Shown here in pieces: positions 57,832 through 64,000 of a DNA stretch of 64,000 nt; the first letter of the stretch is position 1; each line of letters starts with the position of its first letter. Both the position numbers and the translations under genes were made by a program. Location: positions 384,001 through 448,000 of the forward strand of contig CBDDPY010000002.1 of assembly GCA_965232515.1 (NCBI GenBank), given 5' to 3'. The DNA comes from Alphaproteobacteria bacterium (GTDB lineage: Bacteria; Pseudomonadota; Alphaproteobacteria; GCA-2731375). The notes beneath the pieces were generated by a model. That model did not search any database and had not been told where the DNA came from. It was given only the letters and a program-made list of their open reading frames with translations.

Positions 57832-59193
57832 ATGACGGACGCAAACCTCGCGGCAATTGTGCTGGCCGCCGGCCAGGGCACGCGGATGAAGTCGGATCTG
57901 CCCAAGGTTCTGCATCCGTTGGCCGGCCGGCCGATGATCAGCCATCTGCTCGACAGCATCGGTCGCCTGAATCCGGCACGTATCGTCACCGTGTTGTCGC
58001 CGGCGGTGCGCGCGCAGGTCGAGCCGGCGGTGGCCGACACGCTGATCGCCGTGCAGGACCCGCCCAAGGGCACCGGCCATGCCGTCATGGCGGCGCGCGC
58101 GGCCATGGCCGGCTTTACCGGCGACGTTCTGATCATGTTCGGCGACACGCCGCTGGTGACCGAAAAGACGTTGCGGGCGATGCAGGCCGCGCGTCGGGGT
58201 GGCGGCAACCCGGCCGTCGCGGTGCTGGGCTTCCGCCCGGACGATCCGGCCGAATACGGCCGTTTGATCCGCGGCGCCGACGGCAATCTGAACCGCATCG
58301 TCGAATATCGCGATGCCGATGCCGACGAGCGCACCGTGGGGCTGTGCAACGCCGGCGTGATGGCCGTCGACGGCGAGGTGCTGTTCGATCTCTTGGACGC
58401 CACCGATAACGACAACGCCAAGGGCGAGTATTACCTGACCGATATCGTCGCCGCGGCACGGACCGCCGGCCGCGTTTGCACGGTGGTCGAGGGCGATCCT
58501 GACGAGGTGCTGGGCATCAATTCGCGGGCCCAGCTCGCCGGCGCCGAGGCGATCCGGCAGAACCAATTGCGTGCTGCCGCCATGGAGAATGGCGCGACGT
58601 TGATCGACCCGGCGACGGTCTACTTCAGCTTCGATACCGCTCTCGGCCACGACGTCACCGTCGGGCCCAACGTCGTCTTCGGCCCCGGCGTCAGCATCGC
58701 CGACGGTGTCGAGATCAAGGCCTTCTGCCACCTGGAGAATTGCAACGTCGCCGCAGGCGCGACGATCGGACCGTTCGCCCGGCTGCGACCGGATGCCGAT
58801 ATCGGACCGGGCGCACGGGTCGGCAACTTCGTCGAGGTCAAGAACGCCGTCGTCGAAGAGGGCGCCAAGATCAACCACCTGACGTACGTGGGCGACGCCC
58901 ATATTGGCGCCAAGGCCAACATCGGCGCCGGCACGATCACCTGCAATTACGACGGCTTCTTGAAATGGCGGACCGAGATCGGTCCCGGCGCCTCGATCGG
59001 CTCGAACACCTCGCTGGTGGCGCCGGTCACAGTCGGCGCGGGTGCCATTACCGGCGCCGGCAGCGTGATCCGCGACGACGTGCCGGCCGACGCGCTGGCG
59101 GTGTCGGCGGGACCGCAGACGAACAAGGACGGCTTCGCGGTCGGCTACCGCGAGGCGAAGGCGGCGGAAAAGGCCGCGAAGCGTAAATCGTAA
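57832..59193 (+). CDS. glmU: Bifunctional UDP-GlcNAc pyrophosphorylase/glucosamine-1-P acetyltransferase
   Basis: LAAGQGTRMKSDLPKVLH, GEYYLTD, GPFARLRP, GNFVEVK, GAGTITCNYDG. Confidence 0.97.
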   Translation: MTDANLAAIVLAAGQGTRMKSDLPKVLHPLAGRPMISHLLDSIGRLNPARIVTVLSPAVRAQVEPAVADTLIAVQDPPKGTGHAVMAARAAMAGFTGDVLIMFGDTPLVTEKTLRAMQAARRGGGNPAVAVLGFRPDDPAEYGRLIRGADGNLNRIVEYRDADADERTVGLCNAGVMAVDGEVLFDLLDATDNDNAKGEYYLTDIVAAARTAGRVCTVVEGDPDEVLGINSRAQLAGAEAIRQNQLRAAAMENGATLIDPATVYFSFDTALGHDVTVGPNVVFGPGVSIADGVEIKAFCHLENCNVAAGATIGPFARLRPDADIGPGARVGNFVEVKNAVVEEGAKINHLTYVGDAHIGAKANIGAGTITCNYDGFLKWRTEIGPGASIGSNTSLVAPVTVGAGAITGAGSVIRDDVPADALAVSAGPQTNKDGFAVGYREAKAAEKAAKRKS

Positions 59194-59213
59194 GCTTGAG
59201 GAGTTGACGACGG

Positions 59214-61037
59214 ATGTGCGGCATTATCGGCATCATCGGCGAGGGCGCGGTCGCACCGCATGTCCTCGAAGGCCTGAAGCGGCTTGAATATCGTGGCTAC
59301 GACTCGGCCGGCATCGCCACGCTGGTAAACGGCCATATCGACCGGCGGCGGGCCGAGGGCAAGCTCAGTTGCCTGGCGTCGCTGCTTGACGACGATCCGC
59401 TCGATGGCGATATCGGCATCGGGCACACCCGCTGGGCGACGCACGGCGTGCCGAACGAGACCAACGCCCATCCGCATGCGACGACGCGCGTGGCGCTGGT
59501 CCATAACGGCATTATCGAGAACTTCCGCGAGCTTAGGGCCGAGCTCGAGGGACGGGGCGCCAACTTCGCCTCCGACACCGACAGCGAGGTCGCGGCGCAC
59601 TTGGTGACGGCCTACCTGAACGACGGCCTGTCGCCCGTCGAGGCGGCGGAGAAGACGCTGCAACGGCTCGAGGGCGCCTTCGCGCTGGCCATTATCTTCA
59701 ACGGCGAGCACGACCTGATGATCGGCGCCCGACGCGGCTCGCCCCTGGTCGTCGGCTACGGCGACGGCGAGATGTTCCTCGGTTCGGACGCCATCGCGCT
59801 GGCGCCGATGACCCGCCGCATCTGCTACCTGGAGGAGGGCGACTGGGTCATCGTCCGCCGGTCCGGCGCCGAGATCCGCAACCACGAGGGCGCCAAGGTC
59901 GAGCGCGAGATCAAGCTGACGGCAGCCTCGGCCGCGGCCATCAGCAAGGGCAATCACCGCCACTTCATGCTGAAGGAGATCTACGAGCAGCCGACGGTGA
60001 TCGGCGAGACCATCCATGCCTACTTCAATCCGCTCGAGCGCACGATCCAGATGCCGGATCTGCCGTTCGATTTCGCCGACGTGCCGAAGCTCAACATCGT
60101 CGCCTGCGGCACCTCGGCCTATGCGGCCATGGTGGCGAAATACTGGTTCGAGAGCGTTGCCCGGCTGCCGGTCGAGATCGATATCGCATCAGAATTCCGC
60201 TACCGCGATCCGCCCCTGGTCGACAGCGGCGCGGCGCTGTTCATTTCGCAATCCGGCGAGACCATGGACACGCTTGAGGCCCTGCGGCTGGCCAAACGCG
60301 AAGGGCAGCGTATCCTCTCCATTGTCAACGTGCCGGAAAGCACGATGGCGCGCGAAAGCGACGTGGTGCTGCAGACGCTGGCCGGGCCCGAGATCGGCGT
60401 CGCCTCGACCAAGGCCTTCACGACCCAGTTGGCGACGCTCGCCTGCCTCGCCATCACGGCGGCCAAGCAGCGCGGCGTGCTGACGCCGGAGCGCGAGGCC
60501 GAGCTCAGTCTCGCCATCGCCGAGGTGCCGTCGCGCGCTGCTGAGGTCCTGAACCACGACGAGACCATCAAGGATCTGGCGCACGACATCTTCAAGGCCC
60601 GCGACGTGCTCTATATCGGCCGCGGCATGTCCTATCCGATCGCGCTGGAAGGCGCGCTGAAGCTGAAGGAAATTTCTTATATCCACGCCGAGGGCTATGC
60701 CGCCGGCGAACTGAAGCACGGGCCGATCGCGCTGATCGACGAGGTCGTGCCGGTCATCGTCGTGGCGCCCGCGGACTCCATGTTCGACAAAACGGCGTCG
60801 AACGTTCAGGAGGTCGCGGCCCGTGGCGGCCGCGTCGTGTTGTTCAGCGACGCCAAGGGCGTGGCGCATGCCGGGGACAAGGCGACGGCCGCCATTGAGC
60901 TGCCCGACGTGCATCCCTTCGTCGCGCCGATCCTCTATTCGATCCCGGTGCAGCTTCTGGCCTATCACGTGGCCGTGCTGAAGGGCACGGACGTCGACCA
61001 GCCGCGCAACCTGGCGAAGTCCGTCACCGTGGAGTAG
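59214..61037 (+). CDS. glmS: Glutamine--fructose-6-phosphate transaminase
   Basis: MCGIIG, LEYRGYDSAG, GHTRWATHG, SQSGET, PRNLAKSVTVE. Confidence 0.98.
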   Translation: MCGIIGIIGEGAVAPHVLEGLKRLEYRGYDSAGIATLVNGHIDRRRAEGKLSCLASLLDDDPLDGDIGIGHTRWATHGVPNETNAHPHATTRVALVHNGIIENFRELRAELEGRGANFASDTDSEVAAHLVTAYLNDGLSPVEAAEKTLQRLEGAFALAIIFNGEHDLMIGARRGSPLVVGYGDGEMFLGSDAIALAPMTRRICYLEEGDWVIVRRSGAEIRNHEGAKVEREIKLTAASAAAISKGNHRHFMLKEIYEQPTVIGETIHAYFNPLERTIQMPDLPFDFADVPKLNIVACGTSAYAAMVAKYWFESVARLPVEIDIASEFRYRDPPLVDSGAALFISQSGETMDTLEALRLAKREGQRILSIVNVPESTMARESDVVLQTLAGPEIGVASTKAFTTQLATLACLAITAAKQRGVLTPEREAELSLAIAEVPSRAAEVLNHDETIKDLAHDIFKARDVLYIGRGMSYPIALEGALKLKEISYIHAEGYAAGELKHGPIALIDEVVPVIVVAPADSMFDKTASNVQEVAARGGRVVLFSDAKGVAHAGDKATAAIELPDVHPFVAPILYSIPVQLLAYHVAVLKGTDVDQPRNLAKSVTVE

Positions 61038-61963
61038 CCGCCGTTCGGCCGGCAAGCACGTCGGCCTCGGCTTGGAACAGCGTGGCCAGCGCGTCGACGA
61101 CAGCGCGGATGCGCGCTGTCCGTTGCAGATCCGCGTGCGTCACCAGCCAGATGTCGAGCGATGGAATCCGGAGCTCGGGCAGCAGGCGTCGCAGATCGGG
61201 CTCGGCGTCACCCAGCACCTTGGCGATGATGGCGATCCCCCAACCGGCCTTCGTGGCGGCGATCTGGGCCAGCAGGTTGTTGCTGCGATAGACGGTGCGC
61301 GCCGGCTTTGTCAGCTGCGAATACCAGGCCGCGTAGTCGAGCCGAGACTCGCCTTCGTCGAAGCCAATGGTTTGATGTGAGGCAAGATCGGCCGGCGTCT
61401 GCGGCGCGCCGTGGCTGTCGAGGTACGCGGCCGAGGCGTAGAGGCCGAATGCCAGCACGCCGACTTTTTGCCCGACCAGCGCCGGTTGATCGTCGAACCC
61501 ACGCCGACGCTCGGTCGGGTCATGACGCAGCCGGACGGCAATGTCGGCCTCGCGTTTCGACAGGTTCACCGCCGCATTGTCGATCACCATCTCGATGTCG
61601 ATCCCGGGCAATGTCTCGCGCAGACCGGCAAGGCGCGGGGTGAGCCAGCCGACGCCCAGGCCTTCCGTCGAGGAGATCCGGACGCTGCCCGTCAATTGCC
61701 GGTCATGTCCCGCCAGTTGCCGGCTCACCGAATCCGCCTCGGCCTCCATGCGCCGGGCGGCCTCGACCATCACCTCGCCCGCGGGCGTCAGCGTCATGCG
61801 CCGGGCCGAACGGTCGAACAGCCGCGTGGCGAGCTCCATCTCGATATCGGCGATGCGGCGGCCGACCGTCGGTTGGCTGATACGCAGGCGCCGGGCCGCC
61901 GCCGAGAAGCTCCCCCCCCTCGGCCACGGCCAGAACCACGCGCAGGGCGTCCCAATCCATCAT
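61024..61963 (-). pseudogene. LysR-family regulator interrupted by a +1 frameshift in a C8 (G8 on coding strand) tract
   Basis: MMDWDALRVVLAVAEGG is in one frame; SFSAAARRLRISQPTVGRRIADIEMELATRLFDR and the rest (61024-61839) are in another. Removing one base from the run at 61912-61919 restores the HTH. Confidence 0.8.
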
Positions 61964-61964
61964 C

Positions 61965-61980
61965 TGTTCAAATATGAACA
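61965..61980. promoter_or_regulatory. Inverted repeat, probable LysR operator
   Basis: TGTTCA-AATA-TGAACA between the LysR start and the divergent operon. Confidence 0.55.
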
Positions 61981-62073
61981 GTATGCCTGCAAATTTCGAG
62001 AATTTCTGTTCCCAGATGTCGACATTAGATTGCCGGTCACGCCGCAATCACTGACCGAAAGGCAGGCAACGCC

Positions 62074-62604
62074 ATGGATACGCTATCGACAGACCACCGC
62101 CGACACACCTTTGTTTGGGACGATCCGGCCGCGACGGCGGCGGCCGGCCGCAAGCTGCGGCCGCTCGACTATCTCGAGGCCATCCGGGCTGGCGAATTGT
62201 CGCGGCCGCCGATCGGCGGCCTGATGGGGTTCGATCTCGTCGAGGTTGCGCCCGGCAAGGCTGTCTTTGTCTGCGCGCCGCAGGAGTTCCACTGCAATCC
62301 CATGGGATTTGTGCATGGCGGGCTCGCAGCAACGCTGATTGACTCCGCCACCGGCATCGCCGTCTACTCAACGCTTGGTGCCGGCGAATGGTTCAGTACC
62401 ATCGATTTGACGACGAATTTCATTAAGGCCATGCAAGCCGGCATGGGGGAAATTCGCTGCGAGGGCAATGTCGTGCATGCCGGACGGTCCATCGCCACGG
62501 CCGAAGCTCGGATCACGAGCGCCGACGGCGATCTCGTCGCCTATGGACATGCCGCCTGCCGTCTCTTCCGCCAGCCAGCGAAAGGAACTGTCGAAAGGGA
62601 CTGA
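62074..62604 (+). CDS. PaaI-family thioesterase
   Basis: NPMGFVHGGLAATLIDSATG hotdog-fold motif. Confidence 0.9.
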   Translation: MDTLSTDHRRHTFVWDDPAATAAAGRKLRPLDYLEAIRAGELSRPPIGGLMGFDLVEVAPGKAVFVCAPQEFHCNPMGFVHGGLAATLIDSATGIAVYSTLGAGEWFSTIDLTTNFIKAMQAGMGEIRCEGNVVHAGRSIATAEARITSADGDLVAYGHAACRLFRQPAKGTVERD

Positions 62605-62607
62605 AAG

Positions 62608-63210
62608 ATGACCGTGCCAACGCCACGGACTCTGCTTCAGATGGCCGGCGTCAACGCCGCGGCGCCGGCCGTCGGGGATTGCATCCTGCTGCTGATCGAC
62701 ATGCAGCGGGAATATGTCGATGGCGGCCTGCCGCTGACCGGCGTCGACGCGGCGCTGGCCGAGGCGGAACGCCTGCTGACCTGGGCGCGCGGGGAAAGCG
62801 TGCCGGTCGTGCATATCCGCCATCGCGGCCAGCCGGGCGGCCTGTTCGATCCGGCCGGGCCGTACTTCGCGCTGCATGAGATCGTCGCCCCGCGTGAGGG
62901 CGAGTTGGTGATCGACAAAGCCAAGCCGAACGCCTTCGCCGACACCGATCTCGCCGAACGGCTGCGCGAGACCGGCCGCGCGACCCTGGTCGTGGCCGGC
63001 TTCATGACGCATATGTGCGTCAGCTCGACCGTGCGCTCGGCCCTCGACCACGGCCTGCAATGCGTCGTCGTCTCCGGCGCCTGCGCCACGCGAGATTTGC
63101 CTGATGTGAACGGCGGCACGCTCGCGGCGTCGGCCCTGCAGGCGGCCGAGCTGGCCGGGCTCGCCGATCGGTTCGCGACCATTCTGCCCGACGCCAAGGC
63201 CGTCGCCTGA
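62608..63210 (+). CDS. Isochorismatase/cysteine hydrolase family protein
   Basis: LLIDMQREY, IDKAKPNAF, GFMTHMCVSSTVR. Confidence 0.9.
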   Translation: MTVPTPRTLLQMAGVNAAAPAVGDCILLLIDMQREYVDGGLPLTGVDAALAEAERLLTWARGESVPVVHIRHRGQPGGLFDPAGPYFALHEIVAPREGELVIDKAKPNAFADTDLAERLRETGRATLVVAGFMTHMCVSSTVRSALDHGLQCVVVSGACATRDLPDVNGGTLAASALQAAELAGLADRFATILPDAKAVA

Positions 63211-63255
63211 ATTCACTTGCCAACCGTCGCGCCTGCCGGTCAGGCTAGCGGCGCT

Positions 63256-64000
63256 ATGACAACTCAAGGTTGGCGCACCGCGACGGTCGTCCTGATCTGC
63301 GGCGGCATCGTTTTGTCGCTGTCGATCGGCATCCGGCAGTCCTTCGGCCTGTTTCTGGCGCCGATGAGCACGGACCTCGGCTGGGGCCGCGAGGTCTTTG
63401 CCTTCGCCATCGCCGTGCAGAACATCCTCTGGGGCGCGACCCAGCCGTTCTTCGGCATGGCGGCCGACCGCTGGGGCGGCGGGCGTATTCTCGCCGTCAG
63501 CGGCGCGCTCTACGCCCTCGGCCTCTATCTGATGTCGACCACCTCAGGTGTCGCCGAGTTCAATATCAGCGCCGGTATCCTGATCGGTCTGGCGTTGAGC
63601 GGCACCAGCTTCGCCGTGGTGCTGGGCGCCGTCGGCCGCGCCTTCAGCCCGGAAAAACGCAGCGCCGCTCTCGGCATCGCCAGCGCCGGCGGCTCGTTCG
63701 GGCAGTTCATCATGGTGCCGCTGGGCCAGGCCGTCATCGACGCCTACGGCTGGAGCCTGACCTTCGTGCTGCTGGCTTGCCTCGCCGCATTGATGGTCGC
63801 GCTGGCGGCCCCGCTTGCCGGCAAGCCGCAGGTCGCCGTCGACGCCGGCGGGTCCCAGAGCATGGGCGAGGCACTGGCCGAGGCGCGGCGGCATCCGGGC
63901 TTTCTCTATCTCAACGCCGGCTTCTTCGTTTGCGGCTTCCACATCACCTTCATCGGCACCCACCTGCCGGCCTATCTGACCGATCTCGGCCTGTCGGCGA
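63256..64000 (+). CDS. MFS transporter (partial, runs off window)
   Basis: MTTQGWRTATVVLICGG..GIRQSFGLFL..QNILWGATQPFFGMAADRWG..GFFVCGFH; not in the ORF track because there is no stop in the window. Confidence 0.88.
   Translation, partial: MTTQGWRTATVVLICGGIVLSLSIGIRQSFGLFLAPMSTDLGWGREVFAFAIAVQNILWGATQPFFGMAADRWGGGRILAVSGALYALGLYLMSTTSGVAEFNISAGILIGLALSGTSFAVVLGAVGRAFSPEKRSAALGIASAGGSFGQFIMVPLGQAVIDAYGWSLTFVLLACLAALMVALAAPLAGKPQVAVDAGGSQSMGEALAEARRHPGFLYLNAGFFVCGFHITFIGTHLPAYLTDLGLSA

Overview
High-GC bacterial chromosome segment, probably alphaproteobacterial. From left to right: a low-GC, truncated OLD/AAA ATPase gene; a secreted histidine phosphatase behind a Fur-like box; an organic acid/alcohol catabolic block (ADH, Liv-type ABC importer, CoA ligase, acyl-CoA dehydrogenase, crotonase); and a hybrid kinase convergent with a LuxO-like sigma54 activator. 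Next comes a ~16 kb uncharacterised electron-transfer locus: an FAD/2x cNMP/4x[4Fe-4S] fusion, a His-rich membrane protein, an FHA-decaheme, a tandem GlcG/HbpS heme protein, an outer-membrane barrel, a decaheme-LVIVD propeller, a c554-like cytochrome and a CycH-like TPR protein. It abuts an incomplete type II secretion operon (O,F,I,J,K,L,M,N/C,D; no E,G,H), followed by a PPC-domain secreted protein and a MORN-repeat protein carrying a free copy of the secretin N0 domain. The rest is housekeeping and accessory genes: UDG family, 2OG-Fe oxygenase, ATP-dependent ligase, cytochromes c/c', FetAB, tRNA-Val(CAC), gph, SLC13 permease, glmU-glmS, a LysR frameshifted in a C8 tract, PaaI, isochorismatase and a partial MFS. 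The best candidate for an undescribed system is the cyclic-nucleotide/FHA-linked trans-envelope multiheme conduit with its adjacent T2SS. All calls come from reading motifs by eye; no searches were run.
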